IMG/VR virus record: IMGVR_UViG_3300003886_000002
Source: a virus
DNA length: 64,000 nucleotides
Strand: one strand, 5' to 3'
Shown: one piece after another, positions 46,971-57,267 of the stretch
Numbering within the stretch: position 1 is the stretch's first letter
Layout of the letters: each line of letters starts with the position of its first letter
Made by a program: the position numbers and the translations under genes
Notes under the pieces: generated by a model
Told to the model about the DNA's origin: nothing
What the model saw: the letters and a program-made list of their open reading frames with translations, nothing else
Database searches by the model: none

Positions 46971-47306
46971 GTTGTTGTTGGTCTATGTGGATGATCCCGA
47001 TATTGTTACGATCGTATGACGATATCGGATATTCGCTAGACAGATCGGCCGCCATGGGGGATGGTCGAGACGCGCCCCGCTCGGGGCGCCCGATTCAGGA
47101 GATGACGATATGCGGAATCACTTGTGCGACGCGACGGGGGCTGAGCTGTGCGTAGTGTGCGGCGAGGACTTCGGCCTATGCAACGATCCCATGGACAAGT
47201 GGGCTATCACCATCATGTGGGATCATTACGACGGGGATCATGCGCAGTGCCATCCCGCGGGTTGCGCGGTTGCTTCTACCCGGTTCTACAACTAAGGGGT
47301 GTAGCG

Positions 47307-47717
47307 ATGCAGACTCTATCATCCACCATCGTCATCACGACAGACGATGATGGTCACCAAGAGCTACAGGTAGTAGTAGTGGGCGCTCTTGTGAGCGTCC
47401 GCTACTCCGCGCCGGGCGGCGTCCGCGGCCGCGGCGCGCACCACGAGAACGAGGGGAGCGTGGAGCGGGAGCCGGGGCGCGGGACATTCGTCTCGGCGAT
47501 CGTGCGAGACCTGATAGACGCCGTGGGCAAGCACCGCGGACCTGCCATCAGGCTAGACGGCCAATGGAAGATTCGCGAGACGAACGTCCTGGCCGTGCGG
47601 CACCTAGACACCGGTGAGATCATCGGTCGTTGGCTCCCGTTGTGGCGCGCCGACGGGAGCCCATCCACCCAGCTCCGAGCTGTACTCGGACGCGACAACA
47701 ACAACAGGAGCGTGTGA
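47307..47717 (+). CDS. hypothetical protein
   Basis: AAGGGG RBS; flanked by small Cys-rich ORFs 47110-47295 and 47720-47896. Confidence 0.6.
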   Translation: MQTLSSTIVITTDDDGHQELQVVVVGALVSVRYSAPGGVRGRGAHHENEGSVEREPGRGTFVSAIVRDLIDAVGKHRGPAIRLDGQWKIRETNVLAVRHLDTGEIIGRWLPLWRADGSPSTQLRAVLGRDNNNRSV

Positions 47718-48174
47718 TAATGACCGATCTAGAGAGTGCGATCAGCGCGGGACGCGACGACGTTCACTTCTGCCCCGAGTGCCACAACTTCTACGTGTTG
47801 GGAGGGGAGCCGTGCGCGTGCGATGCGCAAACAGTCACGTGGCCATGCGTAGACGCGCCGTGTTGTGGATGTTGCGGCGATGCTCTGACCATCTGACAAC
47901 GTACGATTGTGGCGCCGCCAGAGATGGTGGCGCCACTGTCGCGCTCGGCCACGCGTCCACGCGTCGTATGTGGCCGTCTAAGCGTTCGCGATACGTAGTA
48001 TGATGCACTACAGCGCAACGTACGTAGCGACGCGTTAGGCGGCCATACGGCGCACAATGGTGGCAAGATGAGACGCGGGGCACTAGCTGACGCGTGCCAC
48101 ATACGGCCATCGTTCACCTCGACCATGCAACGCGAACCGTCGACCCCGGGAGTACTGGAACATACGTTCGGTCT

Positions 48175-48295
48175 AGGTGGATGGTTGGGTCCGATGGTCG
48201 ACCTGGATGGTCGAGCCCGATGGTCGAGGTGGATGGTCGAGCCCAATGGTCCGGCTGGACGGTCCGGGTGGATGATCTAGATGGATGGTCTATAT
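48175..48295. repeat. about 10-bp periodic GATGGTC-type repeats
   Basis: Roughly ten degenerate GGATGGTCGA units. Confidence 0.7.
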
Positions 48296-48296
48296 G

Positions 48297-49052
48297 GGTT
48301 ACTGCCTCATAGATATAGCAACATTGCATTATCCAGTTCCTTATAGGAAAAGTTGTGTCTAAACCATATATATATGACCGTGTGTCTCTATAGAGGTCAC
48401 TGCCTCACATGGACGGTATGGTGCGCGGCAGAGGCATGCTACAGGTGGCGGCACCGTCACTGCCGTAGAGGTCACTGCCTCACGGGGGTGCACCGTGCCC
48501 GTGAGTAGGTATGTCTAGAGGGTTTCCCCTGGACACTTGACAGTAACGTATACGGTGCCACAAGACTCTTGTGGACTACACCGGTGGTGACCGTTGGGAG
48601 GGGTCACTGCCTCACGCGGGGTGCCGTGGGTTCGCGGCCGTAAGAATGCTTGCCGCCGAGGCCTGCCACTATAGAGGGGCCGTGTACCATCACCTGTCTC
48701 TAGGGGGGCTGCCTCACGTGGAGAGGTCACTGCCTCCGCGGGTGCCGTGCAACACTCTAGACGTTACAGTTCCATAGTGTCAGGTGGGTTAGAGCGGTAC
48801 AGGGAACTCTACTGGATACGAAACTCGTGCTGCTCACTGTGCTGTAACGGTTGACACTGTAACACCTGTAGGGGTTGCAGGCTCCTGTAGGGGCCGCTCC
48901 ATAAATACACTTTAGGGGTTGACTACCCCACCATGCCGCGCGATAATGGTGGTGACTACAGAAAGGACACTACCCATGAAGATGTTATGGAACGGGGGCT
49001 ACAGCTACTCCATAGACCCCGCGTCACTAGACCCCGTGAGGTCACTGCCTCA
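48297..49052 (+). repeat. dispersed direct repeat GAGGTCACTGCCTC
   Basis: Copies at 48393, 48468, 48601 (one mismatch), 48723 and 49038; degenerate at 48297, 48455 and 48706. Confidence 0.85.
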
Positions 49053-49272
49053 AGCGGTAGCCCTATGCGAGCACCGGGAGAACAACCGAGACGGCCACAC
49101 CCCGTGCGTACAGTACGGGCACAACGCCCACGCCGCATGGGTCTACCAAGACCCAGACAACACCCTCACAGACAGTACCGACATGTACCCTGATTACATC
49201 ATTAGGGTAAAGGTGGTGACAGACAAGGCCGGGGAGCACCTCGGATACAGGTACCGGCCCGAGCCCGCCTAA
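48976..49272 (+). CDS. hypothetical early protein
   Basis: TTGACT-N17-GATAAT promoter, AAAGGA RBS. Confidence 0.7.
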   Translation: MKMLWNGGYSYSIDPASLDPVRSLPQAVALCEHRENNRDGHTPCVQYGHNAHAAWVYQDPDNTLTDSTDMYPDYIIRVKVVTDKAGEHLGYRYRPEPA

Positions 49273-49800
49273 CCCGCGTAACCCCCCGGGGCGCATCCCG
49301 GGGGGCGGCACCCCACACGAGATATGCAACAAACGAAACCAAACAGTCCACACTGGATCACCACACCCTCAAGAGCTTCACTGGATCACCCACCCCATCC
49401 CCCATGGGACACGACTGGACGCGTCACCGTAGGGATGCACCCCGGGGGACTGTCACACCTACCCGATACCATGTAGTGACCGCTTACGACCCGAGAGGAC
49501 ACTACCCCTATGCTCCCGTTCCCACCTACCCGCGGCACCCTCGCTATGGCGGCCGCCATACTAGCGGCCCGCGGCGGAGACATACCCTGTACGCAAGCGT
49601 GGCTACATGATCTAGCCGATACGCTGGAAGATAGGGCCATACTCCATAGCGCCGTAGGGGACATGACCACAGGGGACAGACAGGCGAACCTAGCTCACAT
49701 AGCCCGAGTAGCCGCAATGTGGATACCCTCATTCAACTGAGCCGGAGACCTACAACATTCACCTAGGTGCTGCGCTCAACATTGCTCAGGAGCGACAACG

Positions 49801-49840
49801 ACAAAAGGCCAGAGCTGCGGTAATAGCTCTGGCCTTTTGT
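49801..49840. terminator. bidirectional terminator-like hairpin
   Basis: ACAAAAGGCCAGAGCT...AGCTCTGGCCTTTTGT. Confidence 0.8.
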
Positions 49841-49975
49841 CGTGGGATGGGTTGCGGGCGCTTCAGGACTCGCGGCGGGCCTCAACCTGTCCATATGGGC
49901 CGCCGCGCGCGGAAGGGCCATTGTGCCTATGCACTCAACTTGACATGCTCGCGCGGGGCTGATACCTTAGCACTT

Positions 49976-50098
49976 GTCAGCAGGTGGGCGGGAAACCGCA
50001 GCTTGTATCCACCCCGCACCGAGCGCACCATGTCATGTGGGTAAGTCGAGCACGAACGGCCACGGCACTACGGCACACGGAAGCGCCCACCTGCTGAC
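49976..50098 (+). ncRNA. candidate sRNA
   Basis: TTGACA-N17-TACCTT promoter; perfect 15-bp 5'/3' closing stem. Confidence 0.6.
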
Positions 50099-50286
50099 AC
50101 CTAAGCCCCCACCGAACGGGGAGCGCCCAGGCGTTCCAGTCCAGATGACCGGGACCGTCCGTTTAGATGGTCGAGCGCCGCCCGCTGCCGCTAGGTCGAG
50201 CCCCACCACGCGGCCCCTCAGGGGTGTACACGTGCCCGTACGCGAAGAAAGGGCGCTCCCCTGCGCCCCTCCCTCTCTGTTGAGCC

Positions 50287-50427
50287 TCAGCCCTCGCGGG
50301 CCTCTGTGATGGCTGCACGGCGAGTGCTGGCCTTGCGGGCCTTCGCCTCAGCCTTGCGGGCCTTGCTACCCCACTCGGTCATTCCGGGGGTGGCCTTGCG
50401 AACTGAGGTGCTCGTGGGACTCTGCAT
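50287..50427 (-). CDS. 46-aa basic peptide
   Basis: AGGAG RBS behind repeat promoter; MQSPTSTSVRKATPGMTEWGSKARKAEAKARKAS... Confidence 0.65.
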   Translation of the reverse strand: MQSPTSTSVRKATPGMTEWGSKARKAEAKARKASTRRAAITEAREG

Positions 50428-50741
50428 GATCGTTGCTCCTGATCGGTGGTTGCTGACAAGGGAAGTATCTCACACTATCGCGCGCCCGGCAAGGGTTTTG
50501 TTTACCAAACACGCGCTAACAACCGCGAGCGAACACGTGTTCCAGTCCCGGGGGTTGCGCGGCGGCGCCTCTAGTGGGGTGTATCACCTCTCCATGCCCT
50601 GGCAGGGGCCTACGTGCTGCCACACGTGCACTACACCGGCCTAGTTGGTCGGCTGCGCTTGAGTTGATACACCCCTCTAGAGGCACCCCCGGGAGGGGCC
50701 TAGGTTTCTGTTGCCACCCCCTAGGCGGGGCCGAGTCTTAG

Positions 50742-50870
50742 TCAGTTGGAGTACTCTACGAGCACGGCGCCGCCGCGGGCCTCCACCCATTCTGCGGCTC
50801 TGTCCTCTGCCGCTGAGGTCTTGCGAACCTTGCGGGCCTTCTGTCGCTCTGTGAGCTGACGCTTAGTCAT
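50742..50870 (-). CDS. 42-aa basic peptide
   Basis: AAGGGGGTG RBS; MTKRQLTERQKARKVRK... Confidence 0.6.
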   Translation of the reverse strand: MTKRQLTERQKARKVRKTSAAEDRAAEWVEARGGAVLVEYSN

Positions 50871-51126
50871 TCGTTCACCCCCTTGGGACTTGCTGACATG
50901 ATGATAGTACCCTACTGGCATGTCGAAAGGCGCGCGAGGGTATTACGGTTGCGTTACAGCATAAATGGAACGAACGTTACATAAATGCTACGCATCCAGT
51001 CCCGCCCGATGCTGCACGGTGCACCATTGGATCGTAATGAGTCGAACGGCCTATAGTTACGGCTTGCACTGCTAGCCGCTAGCCCCTATAGTGATTCATG
51101 TCAGCAACCTACCCACAGGAGACCCC

Positions 51127-51567
51127 ATGTCCATAACGTTCGGATTCCACACGGAAGGCCCCCGCGCCTCCGAAACCTTCTGCAATCACACCTGTCCCAT
51201 CCCCGGGGGGTGCGATGAGCAACAGCTCTACTTCTACTGTGACCACATGCATGAGGCCACAGAGGCATGCCACAAGTGCGCTCTACGCGTCAACCTGTCC
51301 AACAGTAACGCAGAGATGGTGCTAGAGCGCCTCGGTATCCCTTTCGACTACTGCGGCACCGTCGCAGCAGACGACATGCTAGGCCGCGCACTAGTGGCAA
51401 ACGTAGGGCGCGACGACACCGGCGCAGCCCCCACGGAGGACACCTACGGGCATGCGACCATAGTCGAGTGCGGTGTACCTGAGGGCTACTACGAGAACGT
51501 TATGGGGCGCCTAGTGGCACTAGCGACAGAGGCCAAGTTCAACAACTTTGACATAGGGTGGTCCTAG
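51127..51567 (+). CDS. hypothetical Cys/His-rich protein
   Basis: AGGAG RBS, promoter with GTCAGCA leader. Confidence 0.7.
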   Translation: MSITFGFHTEGPRASETFCNHTCPIPGGCDEQQLYFYCDHMHEATEACHKCALRVNLSNSNAEMVLERLGIPFDYCGTVAADDMLGRALVANVGRDDTGAAPTEDTYGHATIVECGVPEGYYENVMGRLVALATEAKFNNFDIGWS

Positions 51568-51659
51568 CCACTGCGCAACAACTCGCAAGCGTACAAGCAC
51601 GCCGCGCACAGCACCACAGCGGCACAGCACCCCACGCCTTCCAGTCCTACCGGCGGCGC

Positions 51660-52136
51660 CTACCGTGCGATAGGTGGAAGTATCCTAGGGTCGACCACCT
51701 GCAAGACAGGTAGCCCTATCTCCCGCCACATATCTACCACTTGTTGCCGGTCGTCAACAACGTAGCGGACATCATAGAACGGGGCTATCTGCTCACGGTA
51801 TATCTCTTCTTTCACCACCGAGTCTCTACGTTGGTCACCACCTTTACGCATGATGAGCACGTCAATAGGTAGGGCGTGCTTACGTAGCCACGCGGTCATC
51901 AATAAGCGGCGGTGAGTGTCCCCTACATGGTCTCCCGCCGCACGGCCGCTTGTCATTATGCGCACCACCCCGGGCCGGATAGAACGCAACAGAGCCGCCA
52001 CTACAGGTACAGGGGCATCAAAGGGTAGAGCTGCGTTGTATTGCCGCCACGCGCTACCCGAGCGGTCAAGCGGCGCAATGTACGCGACACTAGCAAGAGT
52101 GCCATCACGATCGAAAATAACGGCAGGGGGTCTCAT
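51660..52136 (-). CDS. HAD phosphatase (PNK 3'-phosphatase-like)
   Basis: IFDRDGTLA, TSGR, MRKGGDQRRDSVVK, VDDRQQVVDMWR. Confidence 0.9.
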   Translation of the reverse strand: MRPPAVIFDRDGTLASVAYIAPLDRSGSAWRQYNAALPFDAPVPVVAALLRSIRPGVVRIMTSGRAAGDHVGDTHRRLLMTAWLRKHALPIDVLIMRKGGDQRRDSVVKEEIYREQIAPFYDVRYVVDDRQQVVDMWREIGLPVLQVVDPRILPPIAR

Positions 52137-52846
52137 TGGGCTAGCGTAGCGCTCAACCTGAGCCCATCACGAAAGATATGCAAACGCGTCAGAGCCGGAA
52201 TGTCGGCCATTAGGTCAAGTGTACCTAACGTGTTGTGAACCATCATACGCTCGACCTCATCGCGTACACGTTCTGCACTCACTAGCCCCAGCATGCGGGC
52301 CGCATCACGGCTGCATAGCGCATCCCAAGTATCGACCGTAGGCTCTAGGCCCTTGGTTATGCAGAAGCGCAACCCGCGTAGCACGCGTAGCCCGTCCTCT
52401 GCTATGCGCTCCGAAGGATTACCAACGAACCTGAGCACCCCGTTACGGAGGTCGTCTTGACCGCCGTGAGGGTCGATAAGGTCCCCCGTGAGAGGGTCGC
52501 GAGCCATAGCGTTCACGGTGAAATCTCGGCGTGCCAGATCATCGGCTAGCGTGCCGGGCTCCACAAAATCAGGGCGGCGACCGTCGCTACCGGCGGAATC
52601 TTTACGCGCCAGCACAAAATCTGCATCCCGAGTACGTTCCCGCAACACGTGCCCTTTCGGCACCCCTGCGCGGATAGTGACAAACTCAGGATGTTCCACG
52701 TGCAACACGAAACCCTCGGCGACAAGGTGTGAGCGCATGGCTTGGAACGAGGGAGCGATAACGGCAAAGTCGATATCCTTTGTAGGGATACCCATGAGGT
52801 CATCGCGTACGCACCCCCCTACCTCAAACATTTTGATGTCTGCCAT
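52133..52846 (-). CDS. CCA-adding enzyme / class II tRNA nucleotidyltransferase
   Basis: VGGCVRD, KDIDF, DLARRDFTVNAMA, EDGLRVLR, VSAERVRDE. Confidence 0.9.
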   Translation of the reverse strand: MADIKMFEVGGCVRDDLMGIPTKDIDFAVIAPSFQAMRSHLVAEGFVLHVEHPEFVTIRAGVPKGHVLRERTRDADFVLARKDSAGSDGRRPDFVEPGTLADDLARRDFTVNAMARDPLTGDLIDPHGGQDDLRNGVLRFVGNPSERIAEDGLRVLRGLRFCITKGLEPTVDTWDALCSRDAARMLGLVSAERVRDEVERMMVHNTLGTLDLMADIPALTRLHIFRDGLRLSATLAQ

Positions 52847-52866
52847 GATCCCCTCCGGGCCGTTGG

Positions 52867-52909
52867 TTGCTGACAGAAAAAGTATACAGCACTATCGCGC
52901 GTCCGTCAA
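52867..52909 (-). promoter_or_regulatory. repeat-family early promoter (example)
   Basis: TTGACG-GACGCGCGATAGTGCTG-TATACT-N6-GTCAGCAA. Confidence 0.85.
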
Positions 52910-53025
52910 GGGTTTTGTTTACCAAACACGCGCTAACAGCCGCGAGCGAACACGTGTTCCAGTCGCCCCGGGGCGGTGTGGGCGCGGCTGTAGGGTGGGC
53001 CGTGAGGCCCGCCCCTACTGCTCTG

Positions 53026-53223
53026 TCAAGGCCCGAATATGTCGCTCGGGTCGTAGGTGAGGGCCTCGCCGCAGTGCTGGCACGTAGTAGCGAGAGTGTC
53101 CTTGTGGCCCTTGTAGTTGACGGCGGCGGCCTCGTCGTAGGTCTCCTTCTCGCAGTGGTAGCACTCGGCGGTAAATGCCACCTCGAAGGGGTAATCATCT
53201 GTCGCGGGGTAAGCGGGCATCAA
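53026..53223 (-). CDS. small CxxC protein
   Basis: AGGAGGT RBS, CYHC..CQHC. Confidence 0.65.
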   Translation of the reverse strand: MMPAYPATDDYPFEVAFTAECYHCEKETYDEAAAVNYKGHKDTLATTCQHCGEALTYDPSDIFGP

Positions 53224-53913
53224 GACCTCCTGAGGTCTAGGGTTGCTGACAAGGAAAGTATCTCACACTATCGCGCGCCTGTCATGGGCCGAAAGACCCT
53301 ACAGGGCACGGCCGAACGGCCCACATGTAAACGTTCCCGTCACCGCGGCGACGGGCATCCAGTCCAGGGGGGTTTAGATGGTTCATGTAGACGGTTCGCA
53401 TGGCATTAGGCCGAATGGCCTATGGTGTTGTAGCTCCCCGTGTGAGATACTTTCCTTGTAGCAGAGATACACCTTGGCCTAGTGTGAACAGGCCCCCTCC
53501 CCAGGTAAGGGGCGCAGGGAAGCTGCGTAACGTACCCGGCGCCGTGGACCGACAGAACACGGACCGCCTAAGTCTGAGGCGGACAGAATCGGACCCTTCC
53601 ACCGGTTAGTGGCGCAGGGAAGCTGCGTAACGTGCCCGAGATGCCCCGGTGATCTGCACCGGGGCATCGTCGCGCCAACGGTAATGGCCTTCCAGTCTCC
53701 CGGGGGTGGGCGCGGCGGTAGGGTCAGACTGTATGGTCTGACCCTACCGCCATCGCTAAAGGTTGTAGCGGTCCTCATCCTCCAGCCATGGGTTGCGGTG
53801 CTCGCGCCACGGGGTGCCGTACAGGTCTATCTCCTCATCCTTCCACGCGTCATACGCGTTATCGTCGTCAAAGACGATAGGGCGCCCGGTGGTGAGGCTC
53901 CTGTAGGTTTCGC

Positions 53914-54078
53914 TCACGGTTGCACCTCACATGCGGCTATGAACAGCTCGCGGTTGAATCGGCTACTGTCTGCTTCACAGAAGTCCGCGAGTACGTGAGC
54001 CAGCTTTTCGGGACCGATACCCTGTCCAGGTATGCTGGCCACGATAGCGGCTAGCCTTTCGTAGTGCTTACGCGTCAT
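53914..54078 (-). CDS. small hypothetical protein
   Basis: GGAGGT RBS; MTRKHYERLA...RFNRELFIAAC. Confidence 0.7.
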   Translation of the reverse strand: MTRKHYERLAAIVASIPGQGIGPEKLAHVLADFCEADSSRFNRELFIAACEVQP

Positions 54079-54750
54079 GTCTTGACCTCCCGGTTGACTG
54101 CAACAAGTGCCTCGGCCTCTCGCCGGTCGATACGCAAATACTGTACCTTTGGATGGTGGTACATCTGCCCCCTCAACCGCTCCACAACACTTCGCACCGT
54201 CTCCCGTTGCCTCTCTATGTCCATATCTTGACCTCCTGAGGTCTAGGGTTGCTGACAAGGAAAGTATCTCACACTATCGCGCGCTTGGTAAGGGCCGAAA
54301 GACCCTATCGGGGGTGGCCCGGGGGTGAGCGATCCAGTACAGGTGTACCGAATCGGGCCGGGCCATCGGGTCGCCTACCATCCCCGCATCGGTGCACCTC
54401 CGCGGTTACTCTCGGCTACCGTCTAGCCCGTTCTCCCCGTTCGCTCACCTACTTGGCACATCCATCCACTACCCTTCATTCAGGGATCGCCTACCATTCC
54501 CAGGTAGGACGTGATCGTTAGCCGTCAGGGGTAGTTTCATATGGCGTGCTTGATGGCACCTCGGGGGTCCCGATTCGTTTACAAGGAAAGCCTCTCACAT
54601 TATCGCGCGGCCGTCAAGTGTTTTGTTTACCAAACACGCGCTAACCGCCGCGAGCGAACGTGTGTTCCAGTCACCGCAACTGTGGGGGCCTTCCAGTCCT
54701 TGTGGGTGACGCGCGTGTGAGGCCGACCGTTAGGTCGACCTCACTAGCGT

Positions 54751-54933
54751 CTAGATGTATCCCAGAAGCAGAAGCGGCGAACGGTGCCCATGCGGGCACC
54801 TACCGTCGGGCTCTACGATGCAGCCGTCGGCGGTCTCGGCCACGCCTTCCGACATGATCCCCTCAAGCTCAGAGAAGTCTAGGCCCTCCGCGTACTCCAC
54901 GTCGGCCCGAGCAATCTCGGTGGTATCGTGCAT
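54751..54933 (-). CDS. small hypothetical protein
   Basis: GGAGGT RBS; DGCIVEPDGRCPHG. Confidence 0.7.
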   Translation of the reverse strand: MHDTTEIARADVEYAEGLDFSELEGIMSEGVAETADGCIVEPDGRCPHGHRSPLLLLGYI

Positions 54934-55170
54934 TCTCTCACCTCCCTAGAGTTGTGCTGACAAGACAAGTCTGCCAGATAGCGGCTAGCATGTCAAGCCT
55001 AAACGGTAGGCCGAAAGACCCTATCGGGCACGGCCGAACGACCCACGTACAAACGTTCGCCCCCGCCACGTCATCCAGTGCCATCTGGCAGAACCGGGTT
55101 TTGGGTCTTGACTCACCCCCCATGACGCGCGACACTAGTAGGGATACATCACCTAACGAGAGGTCCGCCT

Positions 55171-55407
55171 ATGCGCACATGGAGACAGACATACGCCATG
55201 GTAGCTCTACTCGCCCTAGTGGCCCTAGTGCTCACATGGAGAACGGGGTACGATGCCGGGAAAGGTAGCCACCCTACCGACATACCTGTAGAGCGAACCA
55301 TTCCAAGCGAACCATCCTGTACCCTATATGAGGATGGCAGCACCTACTGTAACAGTAGCGGCGCCGATGGTTCGGCTTGCATCATACCCGAATGGGGGTG
55401 CCTATAG
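55171..55407 (+). CDS. small membrane-anchored Cys protein (paralog of 59576-59794)
   Basis: TM segment plus CTLYEDGSTYCNS...DGSACIIPEWGCL. Confidence 0.75.
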   Translation: MRTWRQTYAMVALLALVALVLTWRTGYDAGKGSHPTDIPVERTIPSEPSCTLYEDGSTYCNSSGADGSACIIPEWGCL

Positions 55408-56079
55408 ACCATCGGGTCCGACCATCCACCCGAACCATCGGACCCCGGGGGGTACTGGAACACGTGTTCGGTCGGATCGGACCATCGGGTCGGACCGTCG
55501 GATCGGATGATCGGATTTGATGGTATAGGTGATTTGTGCTGATTAGAGACTCTGTATCTAATCATATGTTTGTACCTGATTATAGATACAGTATCTAATG
55601 AGATCTAACGTATCTAACAAGGGGGGACGCGTCACATGGAAGCGCTAGAGCGGAGCGGCAGAGGCGTAGCCGCGTGTCCCAACGGTAGCGCGAAGGGCGT
55701 CCAAACTGTAGCGTGGCTACACGGTTACATGCCGCCCGGGTGCTGCCCTGCCACTAGGCAAAGCGTGTTAGATGCCCCTGGCCGCTATGTCTCATATGTC
55801 ATACGGTGCACGCTAGACATATGGCAGACGGCCCCTGTCCCCGCATGAAACTACCGACGGCACCCGTAGAGGCAACAAACCCAACCCTACCCTTGGGGAC
55901 AGTGGCCGCCTAGAGCCACCTACAGAGGCCACCTGAGGGCACCCGCGGGCTACAGGGGACAGCAGCGACAGTAGCGGCAACGGTACAGGTGGGGGCGGCG
56001 TCACGGCAAAACAGACGTGTGCCCCGTAGGGTGCGCGGAGCATGCCACGCTACCCTACAGGGCACACACCACAGGGAGT

Positions 56080-56457
56080 CTACGTGAGATACTGTACCAT
56101 GTTCTCCAGGTACTCCATCACATCACGGTCAGCGGTCCGGATCGTAGCCCCGTCGAACCAATCGGAGAAACGGTACGCCGCGGATGTCTCTGCGAGTTCC
56201 CACCCGTAGGTGCCGCGCTCGATCTCCACCTCCAGCTGATCGCCGGGGCCACCCGTGGACAGGAGCACCACCATAGTGGTATGTGTCTCTATCCCTAGAG
56301 CGTATTCGGCGATCCTATCAAGCGCGTCGTCGGAGGTTACGTCTTCCCCGTCGATCACGCCACCATCCTGATTGATGACGGCGTGCATATGGGCAAGGTC
56401 CTCTATACGGCTACGCAAGTGCCCTTCGATGCGGTCATCGCATGTAGGGTTGCTCAT
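56080..56457 (-). CDS. hypothetical protein (paralog of 60403-60783)
   Basis: MSNPTCDDR...LSTGGPGDQLE...YRFSDWFDGA. Confidence 0.8.
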   Translation of the reverse strand: MSNPTCDDRIEGHLRSRIEDLAHMHAVINQDGGVIDGEDVTSDDALDRIAEYALGIETHTTMVVLLSTGGPGDQLEVEIERGTYGWELAETSAAYRFSDWFDGATIRTADRDVMEYLENMVQYLT

Positions 56458-56660
56458 GCGTTCATCTCCTTTTCGTAGGTGATCTGCTGACACTCATACC
56501 CTCACACATGCGCGCGAAGATGTCAACCCCCGAAACGAAGAATCTTCCACACCCCAAAACCCATAGAACCACCCAGACTGGATCACCACACAGCATCCGA
56601 AACGTGTGGGACTGGATACCCGATGTCGTAGCGGCCGCGGGGGCTGCTACGGTTACCGCG

Positions 56661-56879
56661 TTACTGTCCCGTGAGGGCAGTTTCGATATCGTCTGCTATA
56701 GCAGCGATCTCTTCTGCGGCGGTCTTGCGGGCCTGTCGGTGCCACCCTATGTCTTGTAGAGCGCAGTCCATGGGGGCTGTAGGTCGATCTGTGCGACGGT
56801 CGGCGTCCCTGATATCCCCTAGGCGCTCCGCTATGCCCTGTAGCGTGCTGAGCCTCCGCATGATTAGTTCCATGTCCAT
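56661..56879 (-). CDS. small coiled-coil protein
   Basis: Behind TTGACA-N17-TAGAGT promoter. Confidence 0.6.
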   Translation of the reverse strand: MDMELIMRRLSTLQGIAERLGDIRDADRRTDRPTAPMDCALQDIGWHRQARKTAAEEIAAIADDIETALTGQ

Positions 56880-57267
56880 GTCTTTCCCCTGTCGGTTGGC
56901 TTTTGCTGACAACAGAACTCTACCATCGGCGCGCGATGCTGTCAAGCAGATTTTGTAGACCCGAGGGACACGGGCGTCCAGTCACATGAGCCCGGGCTAT
57001 CTGCCGCCGCGCCCGGCCGCTACCCCGCAGAGGTAGGCGGCAATCAAAGTAACCCACCATACGGCTAGCAGGGTGGTGGCTACCCCGCCGCTCATGGTTC
57101 GTCCCCCATGCCTACCCGTAGTTGCACCGCTGGGGTCCGCCACGCCACAACCCCTTGGTGGTAGATGTCCGCGGCACGGTGCGCCGCGTGTATCCCGTCA
57201 GTACCGTTCACCGTGACGGTACGGCCGTCCTCTAGCTTCAGCTCATACGGCCACATAGCTCGCGCGC

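Noticed and set aside
45974-47155. 393-aa plus-strand ORF
   Set aside because: Arises from the stop-poor A/C-rich tract and overlaps plausible minus-strand genes.
48297-49052. CRISPR array from GAGGTCACTGCCTC repeats
   Set aside because: Repeats are only 14 bp with irregular 75-315 bp spacing, and no cas operon is present.
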